NCBI RefSeq assembly: GCF_004010195.1
Contig: NC_057751.1
Coordinates: forward strand, 19,107,387 to 19,147,569
Origin: Chiloscyllium plagiosum
Lineage: Eukaryota
Length of the DNA stretch: 40,183 nt
Direction of reading: 5' to 3'
The notes beneath the pieces were generated by a model. It made no database searches. It saw only the letters and a program-made list of their open reading frames with translations, and was not told where the DNA came from. Positions 11,826-23,629 of the stretch are shown one piece after another (position 1 is the first letter of the stretch; each line of letters opens with the position of its first letter). The translations under genes and the position numbers were made by a program.

Positions 11826-13083
11826 AGTCATAGAGATGTACAGCACGGAAACAGACGCTTCGGTCCAACCCGTCCATGCCAACCAGATATCCCAACCCAA
11901 TCTCGTCCCACCTGCCCATATCCCACCAGCACCCGGCCCATATCCCTCCAAACCCTTCCGATTCATATACCCATCCAAATGCCTCCACCACATCCTCTGG
12001 CAGCTCATTCCATACACATACCACCCTGTGTGAAAAAGTTGCCCCTTAGGTCTGTTTTATATCTTTCCCCTCTCACCCTAAACCTATGCCTCTCTAGTTC
12101 TGGACTCCCCCACCCCAGGGAAAAGACTTTGCCTATTTACCCTATCCATGCCCCTCATAATTTTATAAACCTCTATAAGGTCACCCATCAGCATCCGACG
12201 CTCCAGGGAAAACAGACCCAGCCTGTTCAGCCTCTCCCTATAGCTCAAATCTTCCAACCCTGGCAACATCCTTGTAAATCTTTTCTGAACCCTTTCAAGT
12301 TTCACAACATCTTTCTGATNNNNNNNNNNNNNNNNNNNNNNNNNNNNNNNNNNNNNNNNNNNNNNNNNNNNNNNNNNNNNNNNNNNNNNNNNNNNNNNNN
12401 NNNNNNNNNNNNNNNNNNNNNNNNNNNNNNNNNNNNNNNNNNNNNNNNNNNNNNNNNNNNNNNNNNNNNNNNNNNNNNNNNNNNNNNNNNNNNNNNNNNN
12501 NNNNNNNNNNNNNNNNNNNNNNNNNNNNNNNNNNNNNNNNNNNNNNNNNNNNNNNNNNNNNNNNNNNNNNNNNNNNNNNNNNNNNNNNNNNNNNNNNNNN
12601 NNNNNNNNNNNNNNNNNNNNNNNNNNNNNNNNNNNNNNNNNNNNNNNNNNNNNNNNNNNNNNNNNNNNNNNNNNNNNNNNNNNNNNNNNNNNNNNNNNNN
12701 NNNNNNNNNNNNNNNNNNNNNNNNNNNNNNNNNNNNNNNNNNNNNNNNCAAGTTTGTGAGACATGATTTCCCACACACAAAGCCATGTTGACTATCCCTA
12801 ATCAGTCCTTGCCTTTCCAAATACATGTACATCCTGTCCCTCAGGATTCCCTCCAACAACTTGCCCACCACCGACGTCGGGCTCACCGGTCTATAGTTCC
12901 CTGGCTTGTCTTTACCGCCCTTCTTAAACAGTGGTACCACGTTTGCCAACCTCCAGTCTTCCGGCACCTCACTTGTGACTATCGATGGTACAAATATCTC
13001 AGCAAGAGGCCCAGCAATCACTTCTCTAGCTTCCCACAGAGTTCTCAGGTACACCTGATCAGGTCCTGGGGATTTATCCACCT
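11826..13083 (-). mobile_element. CR1 LINE fragment spanning gap
   Basis: KSPGPDQV..NYRPVSPTSVVGKLLE..QHGF on one side of the gap; LERVQKRFTR and the 3' tail on the other. Confidence 0.88.
12320..12748. other. Assembly gap
   Basis: N run. Confidence 0.99.
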
Positions 13084-13229
13084 TTACCTAATGTCATTAG
13101 GAAAAATGTCATTGTTTCCCCTGTTTTGTATAGGAAGTGTCGTCGCTGATGTCAGTAACACATGTTGTTAGTATCACTCTCAAACATGCAGCTTTTCCAT
13201 TTTAAATCTTGTGCGCTTCTCAATTTTAC

Positions 13230-13560
13230 TTAGATTAGATTACTTACAGTGTGGAAACAGGCCCTTCGGCCCAACAAGTCCTCACTGGCCCTCCTAAGAG
13301 TAACCCACCCAGACTCATTCCCCAACCCTATTACTCTACACTTAGCCCCGACTAATGCACCTAATCCACACATCCCTGAACACTATGGGCAATTTAGAAT
13401 GGCCAATTCATCTAACCTTCACGTTTTTGGACTGTGTGAGGAAACCCACGCAGACACTGGGAGAATGTGCAAACTCCACACGGACAGTTGCCTGAGGCAG
13501 GAATTGAACCCGGGTCTCTGGTACTGTGAGGCAGCAGTGCTAACCACTATGCTACCATGC
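13230..13560 (-). mobile_element. V-SINE (HE1-like)
   Basis: Same family; (TAATC)n tail. Confidence 0.8.
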
Positions 13561-13754
13561 AGTAGATAACGATACAACTTTTCAGGTGTCACCAAAGTTT
13601 AGTACAGTTTGCAATGCCAACTGTCCTCAACATACACAAGGTGTGTTGCGAATAATAGAGAGACGGAGGATATTCTGTTAAATTAGCTCAGAAATTAACG
13701 TGAATAATTGTGTTGCCTGGTATAGCACTATATTTTTCCAGGTTCAATTCTGAT

Positions 13755-14079
13755 GATGTCAAGGTGCTGGTGTTGCACTGGGGTGGACCAAATCAGAAGT
13801 CACATGACACCAGGTTATAGTCCAAGATGTTTATTTGAAATCACAAGCTTTCTGAGCACTGCTCATTCATCAAGTGAAGTGGAGGGAAATGCACAGGCGT
13901 CGAACTTATAGGTAGAGAGATTATTCCAAGATAATTCTAGGTAATTACCTAGAATCATCTTGCAATGATCTCTCTGCCTATAAATTCTGTGCCTTCACCT
14001 GACAAAAGAGCAGTGCTCAGAAAGCTTGTGATTTCAAATAAACATCTTGGACTATAACCTGGTGTCACGTAACTTCTGA
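13755..14079. mobile_element. Palindromic PLE-derived insert with two degenerate hammerheads
   Basis: Inverted arms centred on GGTAATTACC (~13945); TCAC-CTGACAA-AA-GAGCAGTGCTC-A-GAAA-GC-TT-GTGA at 13995-14031; TSD CAATTCTGAT at 13745-13754 and 14080-14089. Confidence 0.8.
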
Positions 14080-14340
14080 CAATTCTGATCTAATTTTAGA
14101 AAATTGGGGTGTTGCATTTGGCCTCAGTGCCAGGGGAAACTGGGTCTTTGGTGCAGTAACAATAAGTAAAATATCGAAGGTATTACCAATTGATCACAAG
14201 TTGTATTACTCAGTGGAAGGAGAATGGACGTGATTGAAATTCTAGCCATCCTTGTGACCTCCTCCTTCGGGGATGGCAAACGTATTTTTAGCTCCACAAG
14301 AAGAGATGAAATTTATTTTCCTCTGAGGGTTGGGAGTCGT

Positions 14341-14635
14341 AGAATAGGAGCAGACTATTCATCCCATCGGATCCACACTAGCCCTCCAAAGAGGATTCCA
14401 CCGTATACCTGTGACTCTGCATTTTCTGTGCCTAATCCAGCCAACCCTGGACACTACAGGCAATTTAGCATAGCCAATCTACCTTACCTGTACATCTTTG
14501 GACTGTGGGAGGAAACCAGAGCACCCCCATGCAGACACAGGGAGAACGTGCAACCTCCACTCAGGCAGTCACCCAAGGCTAAGATTGAACCTGGGTCCTT
14601 GGTGCTGTGAGGTTGTAGTAACCACCGAGCCACCT
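14341..14635 (-). mobile_element. V-SINE (HE1-like), diverged
   Basis: ggactgtgggaggaaacc..gcagacacagggagaacgtgcaa V-domain. Confidence 0.75.
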
Positions 14636-14639
14636 TTTG

Positions 14640-14818
14640 GAGTGCCCCTCCGTAGCTAGCAGTGGAGGCAGAATCATTGAATACTTTTTTCAAAGAGAGG
14701 TAGGTTAGATTCTTGATTATCAAGGGAGTTAAAAGGGTTGACAGGAAAGTGGAGTTAAGGACACAATCAGATCAGCCATAATCCTATTGAATGGCAGAGC
14801 AGGCTTGAAGGGCCAAAT
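14640..14818 (+). mobile_element. CR1 3' tail fragment
   Basis: agcagtggaggcag..gatagattcttg..gatcagccat..gaatggcagagcaggcttgaagggccaaat. Confidence 0.6.
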
Positions 14819-15023
14819 AGCAGAAGTGGGTACTGCAGATGCTGGGAATTAGAGTCAAGATTAGAGTGGTGCTGGAAAAGCACAGCAGGTCAGAAGCATC
14901 CGAGGAGCAGGAAAATCGACGTTTCGGGTAGGAAAAACAAAGGGCTTTTGCCCAAAGCGCCGATTTTCCTGCTCCTTGGATGCTGCCTGACATGCTGTGC
15001 TTTTCCAGCACCACTCTAATCTC
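14819..15023. mobile_element. Palindromic PLE-derived insert, junction inside hammerhead
   Basis: Inverted arms ~14859-14927 and ~14950-15022; TSD GAAGGGCCAAAT at 14807-14818 and 15024-15035; inserted into a CR1 3' tail. Confidence 0.8.
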
Positions 15024-15630
15024 GAAGGGCCAAATGGCCTAGTCCATATTCATATGTTCATAACACCCCAAGATGTCTACCAGTCCCTCTTTTCAGGGGT
15101 GCAGTATGTGACTTTTGCCAATCCTACCATTCTCAAGAAACTGGTGGGACCCTTGTGCCAGCCTCCTGTTCTGGCAGGACTGTAGTAAGAGGTTAATGGT
15201 GATGGTGTCATATTCTGTTTTGCAGAGCAGCATGATTAAGACCAGGAATTCATAGTGACCATTTTGCTGTTAGCTTAAAACCAGACAGCAAATGCAAGCA
15301 GCACTCGGTAGGTCTGGTTGCATCTTAGACAGAGATGGAGTTAATGTTTTAGGTTGATGACCCTTGAAATGCGCAATGGTAGGAGTGTGGGAACAGCACA
15401 CTTTTTGTCTTCTTTGCACCGATGTATCCATTTGATTTCTCTCTTCCACCTTTTATAACAACACCTCATTTGTAATATACTTTTGAGCAATGATAAAATG
15501 ATTCTTCCACACTGTCCCGTTTACAGCTGGAGCAATTTCACCCTTGTTTTTTCTCTCTCTTCCCCCTTGCATTTCTTTTGTTCCAGGTTGCTTCTGTCCT
15601 ATGTCGTTACTACTTTGAAGAGTGCACTGT

Positions 15631-15727
15631 ATGGACCTGAACATGATGAACTGTGAACTACTAGCAACGTGCAGTGCTTTGGGGTACCTGGAAGGGGACA
15701 GTTATCACAAAGAGCCTGATTGCTTAG
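15631..15727 (+). CDS. TIMELESS: TIMELESS coding exon 1 (exon begins at 15587; ATG at 15631)
   Basis: Translates [32 protein letters not shown], the vertebrate Timeless N-terminus. Pyrimidine tract plus ttccag acceptor ends at 15586; donor G|gtgagt. Confidence 0.97.
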
Positions 15728-15878
15728 GTGAGTTGTTTCAGGCCCGCGCTTTTAGCCATGTTTTAAATTCTGAGGTTTAATTCTTTAAATTGTATGAATG
15801 TTGTATCTCAGAATTGACAGGGTTTTCTGGCAGCCATTATCCATCAACTTAGGGGGAAACTGTTGGCACAGTAATATT

Positions 15879-16830
15879 GTCATAGAGATGTACAGCACGG
15901 AAACAGACCCTTTAGTCCAACCTGTCCATGCTGACCCAGATATCCCAACCTAATCTAGTCCCACCTGCCACCACCCGGCCCATATTCCTCTAAACCCTTT
16001 CTATTCCTATACCCATCCGGATACTTTTTAAATGTTGTAATTGTACCAGCCTCCACCACTTCCTCTAACAGCTCATTCCACACATGCACCACCCTCTGCG
16101 TGAAAAAGTTGCCCCTTAGGTCTCTTTTATATCTTTCCCCTCTCACCTTAAACCTATGCCTTCTAGTTCTGGACTCCCCCAACGAAGGGAAAAGACCTTG
16201 TCTGTGTACCATATCCGTACCCTTCATGATTTTCTCAACCTCTATAAGGTCACCCCTCAGCCTCTGATGCTCCAGGGAAAACAGCCCCAGCCTATTCAAC
16301 CTCTCCCTATAGCTCAAATCCTCCAACCCTGGCAACATCCTTGTACATCTTTTCTGAACCCTTTCAGGTTTCACAACATCCTTCTGATAGGAAGGAGACC
16401 AGAACTGCAGTATTCTAAACATGGCCTAACCAATGTCCTGTACAGCTGCAACATGACCTCCCAACTTCTATACTCAGTACACTGACCAATAAAGGAAAGC
16501 ATACCAAACGCCTTCTTCACTATCCTATCTACCTGGGACTCTACTTTCAAGGAGCTATGAAACTGCACTCCAAGGTCTCTTTGTTCAGCAACAGTCTCCA
16601 GGACCTTACCATTAAGTGTATAAGTCCTGCTAAGATTTGCTTTCCTAAAATGCAACACCTCACACTTATCTAAATTAAACTCCATCTGCTACTTCTCAGC
16701 CCATTGGCCCAGCTGATCAAGATCCTGTTGTAATCTGAGATAGCCTTCTTCACTGTCCACTACACCTCCAATTTTGGTGTCATCTGCAAACTTACTAACT
16801 ATGCCTCCTATGTTCGCATCCAAACCACTT
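15879..16830 (-). mobile_element. CR1 LINE 3' fragment
   Basis: SKFADDTK, MEFNLDKCEVLHF, DLGVQ, LGLFSLE and the 3' tail. Confidence 0.88.
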
Positions 16831-16834
16831 ATAT

Positions 16835-17075
16835 AATTGTCATTGGATCAGTAATCCAGAGCTCAAATCTCACCAATTAATTTTAAAAAGACTAAAATTA
16901 AACAAAAAAACTAGTCCAATGATAACCATGAAATCATTTTTGATTGGTTCACTAATGTCCTTTAGGGAAAAATCTGCCACTAATACCTGGTCTTGTCTAC
17001 ATATGACTCCAGGTTCACAGCAATGTGATTGAGTCTTAAAATGCCTTCTTGAATGGTGCCTAGCAAACCACTCTG
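16835..17075 (+). mobile_element. Second SINE family copy split by a CR1 insertion (5' piece at ~15864-15882)
   Basis: Body matches 25538-25865; attgtcat flanks both ends of the intervening CR1. Confidence 0.6.
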
Positions 17076-17119
17076 TAACCAGCTCCTGTGTAGTATGATA
17101 AAAGGAATTTATTTTTAAT

Positions 17120-17460
17120 TGCAAAAATATACTTTATTCATGAAAAATCTTTATAATACTGAAGTGTACAGACTTTGTACTTGAGAAAGCAACATTTAGA
17201 AATTTGGCATTCCCTGCAGTTGTAAATCAAAAGGTCCAGGGCATCTTGTACTTATAAGGGCTCTATTTACATATATTTGAGGTAATGGAAGGTCTGATAA
17301 CTGAATAGACCCCCATTGTACTTTTGGAAGAAAGACCTTAGATGGTGGTCTTTCTTCACTGTGCCTTGATGGCAGCTGCCCCAAGCTTTAGTGCATCCCT
17401 CAGCATGTGGTCCTGGACCTTGGAATGTGCCAGTCTGTAACACTCAGTCGGGGTCAATAA
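17120..17460 (-). mobile_element. L1/Tx1-like LINE 3' end
   Basis: Minus strand LTPTECYRLAHSKVQDHMLRDALKLGAAAIKAQ*RKTTI, followed by a UTR with AATAAA. Confidence 0.55.
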
Positions 17461-18102
17461 AAGGAATTAAATCAGACAGACCACTTGGTATATGCCAAGG
17501 CAATGGAAGTAATGGCACACAGCCTTGTCATTCTTGCAAAGTCTCTTCTTCCTGTAAAAAAAAAAGCCGCCATTCACATTTGCTTTCTGCAAGTTAAACT
17601 TGCTTTCATCAAAACAGCGAAATAGAAGTTTCATTTCAGCAAAATTACCTCAATTTTTAAAGAGAACAAGCTATATACAACTCTTCCATTGCTTTCTAGC
17701 CAATCAAACCATCTCTAGAAAGGAAGTCTAGACTGCCAGCTGCAGTTTTAGATTTTTGGGCTCCAACTTAAAACTCCATCTGGGGCATTGTTAAACGTGT
17801 ATCTCTTGGTTGTTTTGTAGTTTAGTTTTACGAGTTGAACAATTTCTTTATCCTTTTCTATTCTATCTCTCCATGTATGTTTGTAATTGTGTTTCTGTTG
17901 CAAATCAATCCCCAATGTCTAAAAGTATATGAAATAAGCCCTACGTTGGTTTAATTTTCCTACAGTAATGTGCTCCCTTACAAAAGTCATAGTTCACCAA
18001 TAGAGGGAGTGGGGAAATACACCCTACTGTTTAAAGACAGGAGAAAAATTAAATTGCAGTCTGCTTGTTGTTATGAGTGTAGGTGATAGCAATACTGGAT
18101 AA

Positions 18103-18455
18103 GATGTGGAGATGCTGGTGTTGAACTGGGGTGGACAAGGTCAGAGGTCACATGGCACCAAGTTATAGTCCAACAGGTTTATTTGAAATCACAAGGTTTT
18201 GGAGCACTACTCCTTTGTCAGGTGAAATGTGACAGTAGTGCTCCAAAACCTTGTGATTTTAAATAAACCTGTTGGACTATAACTTGGTGTCGTGTGACTT
18301 CTGACCTTGTCCACCCCAGTTCAACACCAGCATCTCCACATCTTATCCAGTATTGCTATCACCTACACTCATAACAACAAGCAGACTGCAATTTAATTGC
18401 CTCGCTCTGAAAGCTTGTGATTTCAAATAAACCTGTTGGAATATAACCTGGTGTC
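18103..18455. mobile_element. PLE-derived insert rearranged by an inverted duplication
   Basis: Same family as 13755-14079. There are three arm copies; 18234-18398 is the reverse complement of 18047-18211. Confidence 0.75.
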
Positions 18456-19729
18456 TGGACAAGTCAGATCCCAGAGTAAAACCTGACTTGATAGGCCATA
18501 GGTTTTACTTTTGCAATTTGGTTACGATGGTGGTCAGTCACTGAACATATTCACAGGAGGCTGCCAATGTGCAAAATAATGTTATTCGCATTAATAGTAA
18601 ATAGAACAAAGTTATATTAGACATTTCAGAAAAATGTTGTAATAAACTGCAAAAAGAAAGATTCATCCCTTTTCCCAGTGTTGTCCTTTACAGGTATACA
18701 ACCCCAGTGAAGTTTCACCATTATCTTCACTATTTTCTAACTCAATTGACGTGGAAACAAACATTTCCTTTCATTGACTTTCTGTGCATTCACCAGCTAT
18801 GATTCTCTTCATTTCTCCCTAAGACATACAGGCTAAGTCACAGAGTTTTCTCTGACTACCATAAAGCTGCAAAACAGCACATCTGATATGGATCGTTTCC
18901 TCTGAACTGACGCTGCTTTTTGCCTCTGATCTCTTTTTGTAGGTCATAAAAGCTCAATGTTGTAGACACTTCAGTTATCTCACCAGGTAGCTGGTCTAGT
19001 CGTTTAGCTTAAGTCTCATGATTTCTTTAAATGCTGTTTTGATCCACTGCTTAAAAAAAGTTAGTCTTTTTTTTTAAATGTCACCTTCACAGCACAGAGA
19101 ATCAAAAACCCATTTACCTCTACTTTGGAATCCAAGTTCTCAACAAATAATATGATGTAAACCTCCACGTGTAGACAGGTGGTGAGAACAGGGAGAATGA
19201 TTTGTTTTGAAACTCATAATCTGTCTGTAACAATGCTACTCAAGGCCTTACAGAGCAAGAGATCTGCAGGTTGGGTTCATGGTTTGTGTTCAGTGAACCA
19301 ACTCCAGCTACTGTTTGCTTTGGAATATTAGAGACGTGAGAAGGAAGCCAGTGAAAGCTGCTGCTACTGGTAGAGTGTTGGGGCACAGAAAGAGGCATTT
19401 GACTCCTCTTGTGCTAGCATTCTGAAAGATCGCTCCACTAGTCCTGGTCTTTCCCCATGGCCTGACAATTTTTTTTGTTTTGCAGTTGAAGAATTATTTC
19501 TGGAAGGTGCACATGTGGCTGTTGGACAGGAATAGAGTCAAGTTTGGTTGTGATGGCCTCATGGTAGCATATCCAGCCAGAACCTATTCTCTGCTTGTGC
19601 CTGAAAAATGGCCACTTGAGTACATGGTCAAGCAAAAGCCAATAACTTCAGGAAAAGAAGTGGAGATGATTAGAAGTGACATTTGATTTTAAAAGCAGAT
19701 GCTGACTAGAATTCATTCTTGTTTTTCAG

Positions 19730-19883
19730 AGGGTGTCAAAGACCTAATCAGGTACTTAAGACACGAAGATGAGACAAGAGACATTCGGCAGCAACTGGGA
19801 GCTGCACAGATTCTACAAAAAGATTTACTGCCCATTATCACACAGTATCCTCAGGAGAAGGTGCTGTATGAAGCAGTTATCAG
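19730..19883 (+). CDS. TIMELESS: TIMELESS coding exon 2
   Basis: (E)[50 protein letters not shown](R); tttcag acceptor, AG|gtatca donor; phase 1 to 2. Confidence 0.97.
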
Positions 19884-20024
19884 GTATCAATCAAATTTGA
19901 AAGCGTTTTGCTGCATGAAGCATTTTTACAGAGTGCTCATTGCATTGAAAAGGGCTGTGTTCTCTCCATTTAGGTAATATGTCAGACTACAGCAGTGAAA
20001 TGTGAATCATCTCCAAATTTAAAA

Positions 20025-20340
20025 TGGTGGCTCACTGGTTAGCTCTGCTGCCTCACAGCGCCAGGGACCAGGTTCAAATCCAGCCTTGGGCGACTGACTG
20101 TGTGGAGTTTGCACATTCTCCCCATGTCTGTGTGGGTTTCCTCTGGGTGTTCCGGTTTTCTCCCACAGTCCAAAGATGTGCAGCTTAGTTGAATTGGCCA
20201 TGCTAAGTTGCCCATGGTGTTCAAAGATATGTAGGTTAGGTGCATTAAACAGTGGAATGGGTCTGGGATATTCTTCGGAGGGTCAGTGTGAACCTGCTGG
20301 GCCAAATGGCCTCTTTCCATACTGTAGGGATTCTATGATT
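20025..20340 (+). mobile_element. V-SINE (HE1-like)
   Basis: TGGTGGCTCACTGGTTAGC..GGTTCAAATCC head, V-domain, ctgtagggattctatgattt tail. Confidence 0.82.
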
Positions 20341-20428
20341 TCTACTTGCTATAATCAAGTAAATAAGACAACTAAATATCCGTTTAGCTTTTGGATGTAA
20401 GTTTGCTCACTGAGCTGGAAAATTTGTT

Positions 20429-20470
20429 CTCAGATGTTTCGTCACCATACTAGGTGACATCATCAGTGAG
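20429..20470 (-). ncRNA. Minimal type I hammerhead ribozyme motif
   Basis: CTCA-CTGATGA-T-GTCACC-TAGTAT-GGTGAC-GAAA-CA-TC-TGAG: intact core, perfect 6-bp stem II, 4-bp stem I, vestigial stem III. Confidence 0.75.
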
Positions 20471-20496
20471 TCTCCAGTGAAGCACTTCACCAGCGA

Positions 20497-20538
20497 CTCA
20501 TTGATGATGTTACCTAGAATGGTGACGAAACGTCTGAG
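20497..20538 (+). ncRNA. Minimal hammerhead ribozyme motif (C3U variant)
   Basis: CTCA-TTGATGA-T-GTTACC-TAGAAT-GGTGAC-GAAA-CG-TC-TGAG. Confidence 0.6.
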
Positions 20539-21700
20539 AACAAACCTTCCAGCCCAGCGAGCAAACTTACATCCAGAACCTTAACCTGAGCTACAAATCA
20601 TCTCAAAACTCACTATCCATTTGGCTTGTCTAAAGAGACTCTCTTTGGTTGGCTCCTTGTGATAAATATTTCAAAGTGGAGCTTGAGAAATCCAAAGAAA
20701 TACAGAAAATTGCTTAAAGGAGAAGGAGACTCGAGATGAAAGGGAGGATGCTGAGATGGGAGAGCTAATGCAGTTTCAAATCTAGCTTTGGAATAATATG
20801 GTGTTTAGCCTGTGAACAATGCTTTAACATGGTGAAGGGAGAGGGACGTGCATGGGAAGGTTGGCTTTCTAATCAAAACCAGGCAGCAAACAAAAATTGA
20901 CTGTATGTAACTCTGTATCAATTAGCTGGCTTTCCCATGCTGATAGAGGGGATATGCTGGACGTCATTGCTATTTGAATCTTCCATTCTTGTTACTTTCT
21001 TTCAAAGTTGGAAGATTTGTTCTTGAGACAGGGAGTGTTTGCTGATGGGATGCTGCTAGGCTGAGCAGTCATTATACTTTTTTATTTGAGTCTATCATGA
21101 AGGCTGCTCTGAAAGCTAATTCTGGTAAGGGACAAAAGAGCCAATGTAGAGCATGTTGAAACAACATTAGGGACACTACACTTTATCGAACTTCGATTCT
21201 TGGGTGCTTGCTCATCTTTACTAAGACAGCTGCAGAAGATTTTGAAGGCCTCGGATAGGGCTTCCTAGGATAGGTCAGTACCCTAAGTAGAGTTGTGAGC
21301 TGAAACTTTCAGTGTACAAGCTCCGAGGCAGCAGTGATTGATGCCCTGCTTTTACGTTTCCATTCTAAATCCCCACCTCATCGACCAAACAGTCGTAATA
21401 AATTTTCAAACCGCTGACTGGGAGGGTTCTGGGTAATGGGTAATTCAAGATGGAGGAAGGGAAAAATTTCTGGCTGTAAGAGCTGCTCCTTTTTTTTGAG
21501 GTATTTTAGGTGTTGGAGGTGATTTCCTCAAATTCCAGGAGCAGCAATTACTGTTTTATATGCTGTTGCATTGTTTTGGAACTTCGGGGGAAAAAAAGTC
21601 AAAACAACAGCAGGTTTAAAAGGGAGAAGAGCAGACAAAGGAAGCACATGGTGAGGACAGTGCAGGAGAGAGAGAGAGAACCTGCACAGTTACCGCCTTT

Positions 21701-21868
21701 GCTGGTACAATTGCAACATTTAAGAGGCATTTGGATGGGTATATGAATCGGAAGGGTTTGGAGGGATATGGGCCGGGTGCTGGCAGGTGGGACTAGATTG
21801 GGTTGGGATATCTGATCAGCATGGACGGGTTGGACCGAGGGGTCTATTTCCGTGCTGTACATCTCTGA
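21701..21868 (+). mobile_element. CR1 LINE 3' tail
   Basis: gctggtacaattgcaacatttaagaggcatttggatggg..gtgctgtacatctct. Confidence 0.8.
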
Positions 21869-22731
21869 CTTGAAGATATTTAGGAAACATTGGTCTAGGA
21901 ATTCCCTCTGGTGGCCAGAGCTTGGAGCTGCAGCACCCAGAACTATCCTATTAACAGGAAAGTCCCATTAAAAATATGATGTGGCACGCATTAGATGTAG
22001 ATGTGAAGATCTGGACCCATTGGGGGTGTGAGTATGTCCAAAAGATCCGTATTCCTCTGAGGAGCTGCACATATTGCTTAAAACAAAGACATTTTTATAC
22101 TTTTCTTAAAAAAAGGTACAGGCTATGATCACAATACATTCAGACAATTACCAATCAATACACAATTTTGCTTTATTTGACAGTTACTTGGTCCAGTGAT
22201 ATTTCCTGGAAACCAACTTTGTTTTCCAACACTCAGGCCACCCTTATCTCACTAACCGAGTCTTTGCACCTGCATCTGAAGGTCAGTTAAGATGGCCAGT
22301 AACTTCTTATCTAGTCTGGTTATTTCTATATTGTAAAAGGAGCATTGTCTGCTAATCTCTGTTGAAGCAGACTGTAATTCGTCAATTATGCAGCTATAGC
22401 AGAATTAAAAGCCATTTTATGCAGCTTTTAGCAGAATTGTCAATTTGCAGCCTAGAAGCCATTTTGTCTTTTTTTTGCATCGAGAAGCCATTTTATTGCC
22501 ATGTAAGTTATTAAGAACATCTGTTAAGCGGTTGTTCCTGACAACAACTAGTTACCTCAGCCTGTATTCAGGTTTCAGATCCTCAGATGTAATTAACAAT
22601 AAAAATCTCCAACACTTTTGACAGTGCTGTTTTGAGTGGAAGCTATGGGAATATACCAATTTTAATAATTGACTTTCATTTGTAGCGCAGTGTAATGTTT
22701 GGTCTTTTCCACCCCTGTGTTTTGTTTCTAG

Positions 22732-22846
22732 ATTATTGGTAAATCTAACACAGCCAGCACTTCTGTGTTTTGGGAAGGTTCCTGACAACCCTACCTTCAG
22801 ACATCACTTTATGCAAGTGGTTTCATATCTGCAGGGCTACAAAGAG
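22732..22846 (+). CDS. TIMELESS: TIMELESS coding exon 3
   Basis: (R)[38 protein letters not shown]; ttctag acceptor, GAG|gtgagt donor. Confidence 0.97.
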
Positions 22847-22876
22847 GTGAGTGTGGACAAAAGATCAGTCTTCTTA

Positions 22877-23600
22877 CATAGAAACATAGGAGTTAGGATT
22901 TGGCCCTTTGAGCCTGCTCCCATTCAATATGATCATGGCTGATTGTCTAACTCAGTCCCCCATTCCCGCTTTCTCCCCCAAACCCTTTGATCCCTTTAGT
23001 CCTAAGAAGTAAATCTAGTTCCTTCTTAAAAACATTCAATGTTTTGACCTCAACAGCTTCCTGAGACAGTGAATTCCACAGGCTTAGCACTTTCTGGGTG
23101 AAGACATTTCTCCTCATCTCAGTCTTAAATGGTCTACCCCATATCCTTAGACTGTGACCCCCTGGTTCAGGACTCCCTGGTCATTGGGAACATCCTTCCT
23201 GCAGTTACCCTGCCTACTGCTTTTAGAACTTTATAGCTTTCTGTGAGATCCTCCTCATTTTTCTAAACTCCAGTGAATATAGTCCTAACCGATTCAGTCT
23301 CTCTTCATGTGTCAATCCTGCCATCCCATGAATCAGTCTGGTAAACTTTTGCTGCACTCCCTCCATCACCAGAACATCCTTCCTCAGATAAGGAGACCAA
23401 AACTGCACACAGTACTCCAGGGGTGGCCTCTCTAAGGCCCTATCCAATAGCAGCAAGACATCCCTGCTCCTATACTCGAATCCTCTCACTATGAAGGCCA
23501 TTGCACCATTTACCTTCTTCACCGCCTGCTTCACCTGCAATATCTAATTTCAATGACTGGTGTATGAGGGACACCCAGGTCTCATTGCATCTCCCCCTTC
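22877..23600 (-). mobile_element. CR1 LINE 3' fragment (different subfamily)
   Basis: RPPLEYCVQFWSPYLRKD..EGVQQKFTRLI..ERLNRLGLYSLE. Confidence 0.85.
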
Positions 23601-23629
23601 TACCGATTTGTTGTCCTGTGATCATTGTA

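Larger units (their letters stand above)
20391..20613. mobile_element. Palindromic PLE-derived insert with two hammerheads
   Basis: Inverted arms centred on GTGAAGCACTTCAC (~20483); TSD TATCC(G/A)TTT(A/G)GCTT at 20377-20390 and 20614-20627. Confidence 0.8.

Noticed and set aside
11553..12791. 412-aa ORF
   Set aside because: Antisense read-through of a CR1 fragment plus an N gap.
18452..19090. Possible second solo LTR
   Set aside because: TG/CA ends are plausible, but no TSD or second copy is visible.
20025..20090. tRNA-like heads in SINEs (also ~2660-2728, 25540-25620)
   Set aside because: No complete cloverleaf; they continue into SINE bodies.
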